Shown here: positions 10,293-22,880 of the stretch, piece by piece | Layout: each line of letters starts with the position of its first letter | How positions within the stretch are numbered: the first letter of the stretch is position 1 | NCBI RefSeq assembly: GCF_006345805.1 | Contig: NW_021836441.1 | Coordinates: 1 to 24,338, forward strand | DNA: 24,338 bases | Direction of reading: 5' to 3' | Origin: Octopus sinensis | Lineage: Eukaryota | Notes under the pieces: generated by a model | The model's database searches: none | What the model saw: the letters and a program-made list of their open reading frames with translations, nothing else | What the model was told of the DNA's origin: nothing | Translations under genes and position numbers: made by a program

Positions 10293-10331
<39 letters not shown>
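9622..10331. repeat. compound trinucleotide field (ACT/GCT/ACC/ATC)n, interrupted at 9901-10045
   Basis: Directly visible. Confidence 0.95.
9905..10042 (+). mobile_element. internal fragment of Dong-like LINE subfamily A with an 18-bp tandem duplication at its left end
   Basis: 9936-10042 is identical by eye (107 bp) to 11782-11888 and encodes AQDQNLPTRNY...CRICGDGQETIN. AAGTGGATTTCGTAGCAC is repeated at 9905 and 9923. Confidence 0.9.
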
Positions 10332-10506
10332 ACTCAACAAAAGCAACAAAAGATTCGTGTGCATGGTGAATGAACGGCTGACGTCCGAAAGCAGAACGAG
10401 AGCGTAGAGTAGTTAGTGAAGAGAGAGAGAGAGGGGGAGAGGGAGAGAGGAAGTGGGAGGGGGTTAAGAGATATAGTGTGGGAGAAGAGGAGAGAGAAGG
10501 AAGGAA

Positions 10507-10541
<35 letters not shown>

Positions 10542-10652
10542 TAAAAGTGAAGCAGGTGTAATTAAGAAACGTGACTCGAATAAGTAGGGTACAATAACGT
10601 GTGTGTGTGTGTGTTTGCATGTGTGTGAGTGTTCGCGTGTGCGTTCATGTAT

Positions 10653-11086
10653 ACTGCGGCCATGCTGGAGCACCGCCTTTTAATCGAACAAATCGACCCC
10701 CAGGACTTATTCTTTGTAAGCCTAGTACTTATATTCTATCGGTCGCTTTTTGCCGAGCCGCTAGATAACGGAGACGCAAACACACCAGCATCGGTTGTCA
10801 AGCGATGGCGGGCGGGTGGGTGGGAGACAAATACAGACACACAAATACATATATATATATAAACATACATACACACATGTGTGTAATATATATATATATA
10901 TATATATATATATGGTTATATACGACGGGCTTCTTTCAGTTCCCGTCTACGAAATCCACTTACAAGGCTTTGGTCGGTCCGAGTTTATAGAAGAAGACAC
11001 TTGCCCAAGGTGCCATGCACTGCGACTGAACCCGGAACCATGTGCTTGGGAAGCAGGCTTCCTACCACGCAGTCACTCCTTCACCT
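10653..11086 (-). mobile_element. SINE family A, near full length
   Basis: Reverse complement of both halves of 16-425, with the internal microsatellite at 10830-10915. Confidence 0.9.
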
Positions 11087-11141
11087 ATGTGTATGTATGT
11101 ATGTATGTATGTATGTATGTATGTATGTATGCATGTATATA

Positions 11142-11185
<44 letters not shown>

Positions 11186-11200
11186 TATATAATATATATA

Positions 11201-11231
<31 letters not shown>

Positions 11232-11236
11232 ATATC

Positions 11237-11625
11237 GTCATAGGCGTGGATGTGTGGTAAGAAGTGTGCTTCCCAATCACATGGTTCCGGGTTCAGTCCC
11301 ACTACGTGACACTCTAGCTGAGCCTTGGGTAGACCGTGTATTTGGCAGACAGAAACTGAAAGAAGCCCATTGCATACATATATGCTTGTGTGTAGGTCTG
11401 TTTTTTTCCCATTTCCGCTAGTAAACCGGTGTTGGTTTGTCTGCGTCCCCGTAACTTAGGAGTTCTCTAAAAAGCAATCAATTGAATAATAACTAGTAGG
11501 CTTACAGGCTTACAAAAAGAAATAAAGAAAATAAAAAAAAAACAGGTACCGGTGTTGATTTGGTTGAAGTTAACGCTTCAAGGAGGTGCTCCAGCATGGC
11601 GGCAGTTTAACAAGTAAAAGAATAC
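11237..11625 (+). mobile_element. SINE family A with internal deletion
   Basis: CATGGTTCCGGGTTCAGTCCCAC, GAAACTGAAAGAAGCCC, CGTCCCCGTAACTTAG and GGTGCTCCAGCATGGC, colinear with 16-425. Confidence 0.85.
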
Positions 11626-11708
11626 AGAAATACATACATGTATATGTAATAATAATAATGATAATAATAAAGATAATAATAATAATAATAATAATAATAA
11701 AATAATAA

Positions 11709-12512
11709 TAGACAAAGAAAAATCCCAGCAATGGTTGAGAAGCTCAGGACTCAAAGCAGAAACAGTGGGATTTTTAATTGCAGCACAAGACCAAAACCTC
11801 CCCACCAGAAATTACCAAAAACATGTAATGAAAAGAAATATTACAAGTAACTGCAGAATATGTGGAGATGGACAAGAAACAATAAATCATATTATCTCTA
11901 GCTGCCCAGTCCTGGCTAAGAAGGAATATATTCACAGACATGACAGAGTTGGAACCTACATACATTGGAAGCTATGCCAACATTATGGAATAACAACAGA
12001 AAAAAGATGGTATAGGCACACAGAAAAGACAAGGTCACAGAAAACGAGAAAGCAACCATACTCTGGGATATGTCAATACACACAGATAGAGAAATAAGGC
12101 CAACAGACCAGATATAGTTGTCAGAGATCATGAAGGAAAAAAATGCTTTCTAATGATGTATCAATACCGGCAGATGACAACGTGTCTCTAAAAGAAATGG
12201 AGAAACTCTCAAAATACAAAGACCTGGAAATAGAGGTAACTAGAATGTGGAATCTGAAAACAGAAACAATTCCTATCATAGTAGGTGCATTAGGCATGAT
12301 AAAAAAATATTCAGACAAATACATAACAAAAAACCAGGACTTAAACACATATGACATACAGAGAAAATGCACTACTAGGCACTGCCCACATCCTACGCAG
12401 AACACTTTCCATACATAACCATCAGAGCATCACAACAAATCACAGCACATACCCAAGGCACACAGAGCTGCGCTCGGTAGTGAAGTGAAAGCACGCTATA
12501 AAAACAAAACTA

Positions 12513-12515
<3 letters not shown>
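11709..12515 (+). mobile_element. R4/Dong-like non-LTR retrotransposon subfamily A, 5'-truncated, inserted in (TAA)n
   Basis: CCHC knuckle CRICGDGQETINHIISSC, RHD motif, and REL endonuclease RPDIV...DVSIP...KEMEKLSKYKDL...IPIIVGALG, with frameshifts. 3' UTR ends AAAACTACTG; (TAA)n on both sides. Confidence 0.92.
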
Positions 12516-12558
<43 letters not shown>

Positions 12559-12814
12559 TAATAATAGTAATATTAATTACATGAATTTTCTATTCATGTT
12601 TTTATTCCATTCTTGTATTTATCAATCTTTACGTCGTCCAACTAGTTCCATTCATACAATTTTAGTTGTAAGCGCACACACATATTATCAGCACGTACGC
12701 AAACACACGCACGTAAACAGCAATGCGCGCGCGCGCACACACACACACACATTTTTGTGTTCTTATTTGCTTTTTACTTTCATTGGTTCCAGCCCGTGTA
12801 CTGTCAACTTCCGT

Positions 12815-12851
12815 CTATCTGTCTGTCTATCTATCTGTTTACCTGCCTGCC

Positions 12852-12884
<33 letters not shown>

Positions 12885-13033
12885 GCCTGCCTGCCTGTCT
12901 GTTTATGTATGTATGTATGTATGTATGTATGTATGTATTTGTCTGTCTGTCTACCTTTCTGTCTGCCTGTCTGTATGTCTATCTATCTATCCATCCATCT
13001 CTCTCTTTATCTCTCTCTCTCTCTATCTATCCA

Positions 13034-13080
<47 letters not shown>

Positions 13081-13090
13081 GTCTATCTAT
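12815..13090. repeat. compound microsatellite (TGTC/TGCC/TATG/TATC/TC)n
   Basis: Directly visible. Confidence 0.95.
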
Positions 13091-13639
13091 CTTCCATATA
13101 TATGTATACACACAAACGTGCACACACATATTGTATATCTCTGCATATGAAACCCGTAAAAAAAAGAAAACAATAAAACAAAGCAAAGCAACAAAAAAAC
13201 AGCAAAGAAAAGACAGAAAATGGTATAGAGAGACCAGGTAGATAAAAACTACGAGGACAAATATGGAGGGAAAATAGAAAATTGTAAATTGCTGCTCAAA
13301 CATGGCGATTGTCCTGGAACAAAAGCATGCCTCAAATATAACTTTCAATGTAGTTGTACAACATTGTAACTTGGTGAAGCAAAACAAACAAAGACTAAAC
13401 TTGAGATTGTATTAAATCTTCGCTCGTCTAAGATAGGTCTTTTTTTTATCGTGTAACCAGAAGAGAAGGCAGTGTATATGAACTGTGCAGAGACTCCGAG
13501 ACTGACGAGTGAGATAGAAGAAGGATTGTTCAAACTGGAGTCCTGGTGTGGGTGCTTGCAACAGAATAAAATTCCTCTGAATGCATCCAATATGACAAGT
13601 GGTGGTGTCAGACCAGGCGGTGAATTAATACCATCCTTT

Positions 13640-13715
13640 TAGGCCTCGGCAGGATTTTAACTCGGAGCGCAATGCGCTGGAACAAATATGGCAAATTATT
13701 CGGTCCAACATCGTA
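13640..13715 (-). mobile_element. degenerate SINE family M head fragment
   Basis: CCTCGGCAGGATTTTAACTCGGAGCG resembles CCTCGGCGGAATTTGAACTCAGAACG at about 8696-8721. Confidence 0.55.
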
Positions 13716-13716
13716 A

Positions 13717-15315
13717 ACTAAAAGAAAAACCCATTTAACTTTAAGTGAGCACGAACACAACTTTGGCCACGAGCCCACCTATAGACTTATAAACCCAACT
13801 AGAAGTGAAATAGGTTTAGTAGCCCCAAAATTACTAAATCATATTAATAATAGAATTAAGAAACTACAAAAAGTACAGCAATGGTCAAAAAGTAACACTG
13901 TTTTAGACAAGTTTAGGAATATAAAATACAAGTATAGAGCTGAATTCAGACCAATCGACAATGTGGATTTTTACCATTCGATCGAGGTTCTTGTTGGACA
14001 AAGCAAAAAAGTTCGCCAGAAAAAATGTCACCATTGACCAAACAGATCTTGAGTTTATCATGCATGCACGAAAAGCTCTCTTCTTTTGTAAGAGTTCAGC
14101 AGAGCAGGGGTCAAGAATCTGATCGAGGAGAAGTATTTGATATTTCGATGGATTTGTATGATAGTACTGACATATTTGATCTAGTAGGACCGCTTACATC
14201 AATACCTTAATATTTAAGGTTCCCTCCCATAATATCGGTCAATACTATGATACTGTATGAAGCATATCCCACAGCCGCGATGGTCATACCCTCGATACAT
14301 TTAAGAAAAACCTCATTTCTATATTTAGCGGATTAGATCTCTGTATTACAATAAACAAAAATCTCACTAAACTTTATTTCTTAGACGCTTGCTAAGACCA
14401 AAACTAATACTCTTACAAGCTTTACCATAAACCCAATGAAAAAATTACGTATTTACACAAACAGTCTTGTCACCCACCTGTCGACTTTAAAAACCTTATA
14501 GCCAATATTAGTAATAGGATATAAAATCTCCCCTCCTTTTAGGAAATATTCGATTAGGCAGCTCTCCTACAATAATAACACCTGGTCAAGAACATTTTTA
14601 ACTAGAAGTTAACTTGCACTACGACCGTAAAAAGAGAGAGGCCTAAAAAAGATTATATGGCACGACCCTCACTTTCTCTTTGATTGTTAAGACAAACATA
14701 GATGAGAAATTCCTAGCCTTGATAGATAAGCATTTCCCGGATAGCCATAGATATAAGAAAATCTTTTGATAGGTATTTTGTGTAAGTTCCTCAAAGATGC
14801 TGTCCCAACATGACAAACATTATTACCTGTAATTCACACGAGACGACCTCTCCAAACATTAAACTCAGGAACCTGGATACTTGTCCACTCGACCAAGCAT
14901 GTGTAATTAGCTCAGTTGTATATGATGTCGAGATCACTTCAGTTCTATCAAATAAAGAAGCCGAGAAGAAAAAATGTATTGGACTATGTGAAAGTGACTT
15001 CAGAAAAAAGATAAGCCTTTTTTCTGGTACATATGACAAGAAGAAAACCTATATGCTAGCAAGTCACATCTGCAACCTGAAGGCGAGAAGTACTCCTCCC
15101 CACCACACATCATCAAGTGGAACATCGTTGAACGATCTACATACAATAACGGGTCACGTAGATGCAGTATTTGTAAAGCCGAAATAACTCATACACATTT
15201 TAAATTGAAGAACTCCACCGATCCACTGAAAATGGGGTCAGAGATTTTCACAAGATGCAACCATCTCAGCAATTTTCTGTTATCGAACTGGAGAGCACCC
15301 AACTCTCCGGATTAG
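13717..15315 (+). mobile_element. Penelope-like retroelement pseudogene: reverse transcriptase with C-terminal GIY-YIG endonuclease
   Basis: Open frame 13717-13983 LTLSEHEHNFGHEPTYRLINPTRSEIG...QQW...IDNVDFYHSI. Then IMHARKALFF, FDISMDLYDSTDIFDLVG, degenerate NIGQYYDT (YxDD site), YFLD, YHKPN...YLHKQSCHPP and KIIWHDP. The EN region reads CPLDQACVISSVVY...CIGLCESDF...LASHICNLK...EIFTRCNH, with a stop at 13 codons later (15313-15315). Many stops and frameshifts. Confidence 0.88.
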
Positions 15316-15639
15316 ACAAGCTCTTAAAAACTTCAGCCTTTCCTCATTGGCTTAATTCCCACAATTATTATTAATTCATATATAAATTTTTACTGTAATC
15401 CCCCTTAAAATACGTGCATAAATACCTACCTACCTACCTACCTACCTACCTACATACCTACCTACCTAACTACATTCATTCACTCACACAAATACATAGC
15501 ATTAATAAAAAAAAAGCTCATCAAAGTATACAATATTTTGTTGTGCTTTGTAAAACAAACACGATTTCCAGCAGTGTATGTATATATATATATATATGTG
15601 TGTGGTTTGTGTGTTGCACACATACATACACATATATAT

Positions 15640-15699
<60 letters not shown>

Positions 15700-15701
<2 letters not shown>

Positions 15702-16098
15702 CGCAGGAGTTGCTGTGGGGTACGTAACTTACTTACCAAGCACATGGTTCCGGGTTCAGTCCCACTGCGTGGCACATTGGGCAAGTGTCTTCTAGTATAG
15801 CCTAAGACAAACCAAAGACTCGTTAGTGGATTTGGTAGACGGAAGCCCGTCGAATATATATATATATATATGTGTGTGTATATGTTTGTGTGTGTGTTTT
15901 TTACCTCCCAGCATTGCTTGACAACCGATGCTGGTGTGTTTATGTCCACGTCACTTAGCGCTTCGGCAAAATAGAACGATAGAATAAGCGTTGGGCTTAC
16001 AAAGAATAAATCCCGGGGTCGATTTAGCTCGACTAAAAGGCTTCTACTCCAGCATGGCCGCAGTCAAATGACTGAATCAAATAAAAAGAGAAAGAATA
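15700..16098 (+). mobile_element. SINE family A, full length
   Basis: Colinear with 16-425, including the internal microsatellite and the CAGTCAAATGACTGAA 3' hairpin. Confidence 0.9.
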
Positions 16099-16109
16099 TA
16101 CGTGGCGCG

Positions 16110-17325
<1,216 letters not shown>

Positions 17326-17369
17326 TGTCGATGCACATGCGTGTGTTTGTGATGCGCGTGATATAAACG

Positions 17370-17620
17370 CGAGTAAGCTTGTCTGTTGCCCACCCACCTT
17401 TTGCTCGACGTAAGATTTTTGTTATTCCGGAAGTCCATAATATGCCTACGGTCAAATTTCCGGTAATTAACGACATATGGAGAAGTATATCAACGCGATA
17501 TAAGATTGTAAAGGTGCGGGGGTGGCGAGGGTAGCGGCGGCGGCGGTGTGGTGGTGGCGGTGCGGGGATAGAAGCGTGAGGCGGCGTCGGTGGTGGCCGT
17601 GGAAGGCGGTGGTGGCCACG
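17370..17620. promoter_or_regulatory. unique, CpG-containing island between microsatellites; possible cis-regulatory element
   Basis: TTCCGGAAGT (ETS core overlapping a palindromic TTCCGGAA) and TTTCCGGT, followed by a G-rich GGC/GGT tract at 17515-17618. Motif presence only. Confidence 0.2.
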
Positions 17621-17736
17621 AGAAAAAAAAAAAAAAGACTTGTTGAGCACAAATACATACGCATACATAAATTGTACCCAGACATACTTTCATATTCGCA
17701 TATGAATGCAAGCACTCACGTACGTGTGCAAGCATC

Positions 17737-17752
17737 TGTGTGTGTGTGTGTT

Positions 17753-17822
<70 letters not shown>

Positions 17823-17933
17823 AGTGTGTTGTGTTTGTGTGTTTGCACATGTATACATAGACATCGTTTTAAGTTCACGCACACACACACACATACACAC
17901 ATATGTTTGTGTGTATATCTGTGTGTGAGTGTA

Positions 17934-18000
<67 letters not shown>

Positions 18001-18065
18001 TTGTCTGTCTATCTGTCTGTCTGTCTGTGTGTCTGTGTGTCTGTCTGTGTGTGTCTGTGTGTCTG

Positions 18066-18137
<72 letters not shown>

Positions 18138-18218
18138 TTGTCTGCTATCTGTCTGTCTGTCTGTTGTCTGTGTGTCTGTCTGTGTGGTCTGGTGTCTGTC
18201 TGTCTATCTATCTATCTA

Positions 18219-18255
<37 letters not shown>

Positions 18256-18281
18256 CATCTATCTATCTATCTTCTATCTAA

Positions 18282-18331
<50 letters not shown>

Positions 18332-18354
18332 GTCTGTCTGTTTCTGTCTATCTA

Positions 18355-18387
<33 letters not shown>

Positions 18388-18397
18388 TACTAAAGTA

Positions 18398-18462
<65 letters not shown>

Positions 18463-18545
18463 TATAATAATAATAATAATGATGATGATGATGATGATAA
18501 TAATAATAATAATAATGATGATGATGATGATGATGATGATGGTAA
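17737..18545. repeat. (TG)n, (TATC/TGTC)n, then (TAA/TGA)n microsatellites
   Basis: Directly visible. Confidence 0.95.
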
Positions 18546-18843
18546 TAATGGACTCTCCCGTCGAAGACGACGTATAAGTTTTCAGGTTCTGTCGAACGAC
18601 CTGCACAAATGATTTATTTACGATGACCAAATGTATGTGCCGCATATTAGCTCACTGCCTTCCATCATATCATCAGCGTTTTCTGAAAAGTTGCACTGTG
18701 TACCACGCGTCAGGTGTCGAAGTGTTTGTTCACAAAGCAACGTGAGATGAAGTGTCTTGCTCAAGAATACAACGCACCACACATTCTAGGAACTGAAATC
18801 ACAATCTAGCGATCGTGAGCGCAACACCATAACCACTAAGCCG
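18546..18843 (-). mobile_element. SINE with B-type head, CORE-like start and a diverged tail Y
   Basis: Minus strand reads CGGCTTAGTGGTT...GCGTTGTATTCTTGAGCAAGACACTTCATCTCACGTTGCT and ends CGTCGTCTTCGACGGGAGAGTCC followed by (CAT)n. Confidence 0.78.
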
Positions 18844-18884
18844 TAATAATAATAATAATAATAGTAATAATAATAATAATGATA

Positions 18885-18935
<51 letters not shown>

Positions 18936-18964
18936 TAATAATAATAATAATAACAACAATAATA

Positions 18965-19375
18965 AGACGGCGAAAGAGAAAAGAGTTTGACAAGCTCAGA
19001 AAATATAAAGACCTGCTCATTGAAATTGAGAAAATGTGGCATCTCAAGGCGGTTACAATACCAGTGATCGTAGGAGCACTAGGAATTATCAAGAAGGGAA
19101 CTGAAAATTATATGAGAATGATCCCTGGCTTACCATCCCTGCAAGAGATGCAAAAGATTGTCTTAACTGGTACATCACACGTATTGAGAAGAGCATTGTC
19201 GATGTGAGAACTATTACACCCATGTATTTTAATTTAACCTTAAAAAAAATGAACGAACTAGTGAGTTTAGTTTAATGGCCTACCAATGTATACTATGAGT
19301 TTCTCTGCCCTAGGAGTCGGGAAGACACTTGGCAAGAAATGGAAGCAAATTTGAAAGAAGAGAGACAAAAAAGAT
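18965..19375 (+). mobile_element. R4/Dong-like LINE subfamily B, 3' end, in (TAA)n
   Basis: KEFDKLRKYKDLLIEIEKMWHLKAVTIPVIVGALGIIKK...QKIVLTGTSHVLRRALSM* (stop 19205-19207), with a 3' UTR distinct from subfamily A. (TAA)n on both sides. Confidence 0.88.
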
Positions 19376-19409
19376 AACAATAATAATAATAATAATGATA
19401 ATAATGATG

Positions 19410-19460
<51 letters not shown>

Positions 19461-19467
19461 TAATAAT

Positions 19468-20152
19468 AAACTAGAACAGCAGCAGACCATGATGAAACGA
19501 GAGATGGACAAGAAAAAATAAATCATATTATCTCTGGCTGCCCACTTCTGGCTAAGAAGGAATATATTCACAGACATGTCAGAGTTGGGAGCTACATACA
19601 CTGGAAACTATGCCAACATGATGGAAAAACAACAGAAAAAAGATGGTATAAGCACACACCAGAAAAGGTCACAGAAAACGAGAAAGTAACCATACTCTGG
19701 GATATGTCAATACACACAGATAGAGAAATTAAGGCCAACAGACCAGATATAGTTGTCAGAGATCATGAAGAAAAAAAATTCTTTCTAATTGATGTATCAA
19801 TACCAGCTGATGACAACGTTTCTCTAAAAGAAATGGAGAAACATTCAAAATACAAAGACCTGGAAATAGCGGTAACTCGAACGTGGAATCTAAAAAAGAA
19901 ACAATTCCTATCATAGTAGGTGCATTAGGTATGATAAAAAATATTCAGACAAATACATAACAAAAACACCAGGACTTACAAATATATATAACATACAGAA
20001 AATTGCACTACTGGGTACTGCACACATCCTACGCAAAACACTTTCAATACAATAACCATAAGAGCATCACAACAAATCACAGCACATACCCAAGGCACAC
20101 TGAGCTGCGCTCGGTAGTGAAGTGAAAGCACGATATAAAAATAAAACTACTG
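19468..20152 (+). mobile_element. R4/Dong-like LINE subfamily A, second copy, in (TAA)n
   Basis: 19501-20152 is highly similar to 11866-12515 (ANRPDIVVRD...LIDVSIPADDN..., same 3' UTR). It follows a (TAA)n tract and ends in AATAATAAT. Confidence 0.92.
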
Positions 20153-20827
20153 AATAATAATACTGACAATAGAGGGAATGTGAACCTTTCGGGCAGAGAA
20201 TTGTACAAAAGTAACCTTTCCGGTTATAGTAGAAATCGTCGAAGGTGTTCGTTGAGTAACCAGTGCTTGCGTAAAAACATAGCAGCAAGAGAAAAGACTT
20301 ATTCTATATAGGTTCTTGCGAAACGAGATTTAAGTCAAGAATATATAATCACGTACCTACGTTCAAATACAGCAAAAAAAAAAAAAGAAAAAGAAAAAGA
20401 AAACTTAGTTCTTTAAGTAAAAGAAACATGAACCTTAAAACGAGGAATATCAAATATGGTATTAAATGGTCCATTACTTTGAGATCATTCTATTATATTC
20501 TTTGATTATATACTGAGTCTATACTAAATTTATCCTATGTTTGAACTTTGGATTTACTATGATCAATTTCCAGCCTACGTGGATTATTGTGGCATTCACT
20601 GGCTGGGAAAATTTAGTTAGCCGGGCTTGAAACTTACAGAGTGCTTATAAAGTCTTCGCATGGATTCTTTAATATCCTTCTTTCTTTTACTATATCACTA
20701 TTAGATCGGAAAAGTCGAAGACAGCCCGTGAGACTCAAACCCGAGTCCCCTGTGGACATGATAGGCATTCTTATTCCGTGAACACTTTATATAAATAGAT
20801 AGATAGATACATTCTTACATACATAGA

Positions 20828-21055
20828 GTGGAGGCGCGTGGCTTAGTGGTTAGGGTGTTGGAATCATTGGTCCTAAGATTGTCGCTTCCATTCCTGAAAC
20901 GGGCAACGCCTTGTGTTCTTGACTAAAACACTTCATTGTAGGTTGCACCATTTCACACAGCTGGCAAAAATGAGTAATCCTGTGATGGACTGGCATCCCG
21001 TCCAGATGGAAAACTTATACGCCACGGAAATCAGCTTCTATGAGTCGGCATAACC
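20828..21055 (+). mobile_element. SINE with B-type head, CORE-like centre and tail Z
   Basis: GTGGAGGCGCGTGGCTTAGTGGTTAGGG...CAGCTGGCAAAAATGAGT is shared with 3097-3237, then diverges into CCTGTGATGGACTGGCATCCCGTCCAG. Confidence 0.82.
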
Positions 21056-21113
<58 letters not shown>

Positions 21114-21573
21114 ACTGTATAATAAATATATTATATAAATTTTATTCTCCGATTTGAAGCGAAGATTTATAAATACAAACAATTGACTAAAAAATGATGA
21201 GCTAACCCCAGCCAGAATCGAACCCACAAATCAACGCTAACATGGCTCCATGCGGATCCGATTAGGCCTAACGCCCATCCATCAATTTCAGTCGCATTTA
21301 GTGAAAATCTACTTAAACTGTCTAATACTACATGTCATATTTTAAACGCGTTTGTTTACAAATATTATATGTAGTATATATATATATATATATTTAAATT
21401 CCATAATTATAAACTTAATTATAAGTAGAGGTCACCTAATTGCTTCACCACATACCGAATTTAGAAATAGGAGTTAAAAATTCCTTTTCTACTACTGTAA
21501 GAATCTCCACGACAGTAACACATTTTTTTACGTAGACAAAAAGAAATATAATGAATCCACATGACTCCGATTA

Positions 21574-21633
21574 GCTACAGACGCGTTTCGAGATTAAAGT
21601 GTTTTAATTACTAACTTCTGTCTTCAGTGTAGC
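21574..21633 (-). ncRNA. minimal type I hammerhead ribozyme (Penelope-associated type)
   Basis: Minus strand: GCUACA CUGAAGA cAGA-aguuaguaa-UUAAA-acac-UUUAA-UCUc GAAAC GC GUC UGUAGC. Perfect 6-bp stem I, complete CUGANGA and GAAA cores, palindromic ACGCGU in place of stem III, and a GUC cleavage triplet. The stem II closing pair is a C-C mismatch. Confidence 0.8.
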
Positions 21634-21837
21634 ATTTCCAATTATAAAATCTGAATGTGCCAGGGTTAAATATGCCCACGATCGAGCGACATCGTGCAAC
21701 AGATATCCAACCAACGCTTCCAAAATTTACACAGCCGAATGTGAATGCACTATTCATCCCTTGTACCCACGTGTATGTTACGAGCAGTACCGCAGAAATC
21801 TACAGTATTCTATCATGGAGTAAATCATAATTAAAAT

Positions 21838-21884
21838 TAATAATAAAAGGGTTTTAATTAATTAATTTTACCCTTTTATTATTA
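21838..21884. repeat. 15-bp perfect inverted repeat with an AT-only spacer
   Basis: TAATAATAAAAGGGT (21838-21852) and ACCCTTTTATTATTA (21870-21884). Confidence 0.85.
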
Positions 21885-21905
21885 TTAATATATATATATA
21901 TATAT

Positions 21906-21978
<73 letters not shown>

Positions 21979-21994
21979 TAACACATATAGGGGG

Positions 21995-22183
21995 GGATGA
22001 CCACTAAGTGGACATCCATTATGCTACAAGTCGATCCCCTATGGTCTTACCACTAAGTAAGGAATGTTCTCAAGAAAATTTAGCCAACGCGTTTGCTAAA
22101 TTTTCATGAGAGCATTCCTTCTTAGTGGTAAGACCATAGGGGATCGACTTGTAGCATAATGGATGTCCACTTAGTGGTCATCC
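21995..22183. repeat. 189-bp spacer-less palindrome (fold-back)
   Basis: Arms 21995-22089 and 22090-22183 differ by three substitutions and one 1-bp indel. The centre is ACGCGT at 22087-22092. Confidence 0.97.
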
Positions 22184-22529
22184 TTCTTATATGTATGTTA
22201 ATATATTTTAATTTTTCTGATCTTCAGATTTTTCTAATGCTAGACCAATGGTTTTAAATTGATATTAATCAAAATAATATTCAATTTTTTCACCCTCATT
22301 ATTTTAATTATATATATATATATATATATAATATATATATATATATAATATATATATATATATAGATATACACACACATAAGAAGAACAGAGACAGACAG
22401 AGAAAAAGAAAATTTACAAAATGTGTATCTCTATATGCGTGTTATAAGTGAATTGTTTTTTTCTTTGCCTCACTAATCAGTATGTGATAATAAAGTGAGA
22501 AAGTGCGTGGGAGAAACAGACGAAGAGAT

Positions 22530-22880
<351 letters not shown>

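Noticed and set aside
9721-10620. Poly-Thr/Ala/Ser/Tyr ORFs as mucin-like proteins
   Set aside because: They are translations of trinucleotide microsatellites plus a LINE fragment.
13495-13530. CTGACGAG as a hammerhead core upstream of the Penelope element
   Set aside because: No stem II followed by GAAA and no closing stems.
20715-21290. B-box-like motifs on the minus strand (GGGTTTGAGTCTC near 20735; GGGTTCGATTCTGG near 21220) as tRNA genes
   Set aside because: No cloverleaf can be built; at most these are very decayed tRNA-derived repeats.
22210-22232. Minus-strand CTGAAGATCAGAAAA as a second hammerhead
   Set aside because: No room for stem II and no stem I/III pairing.
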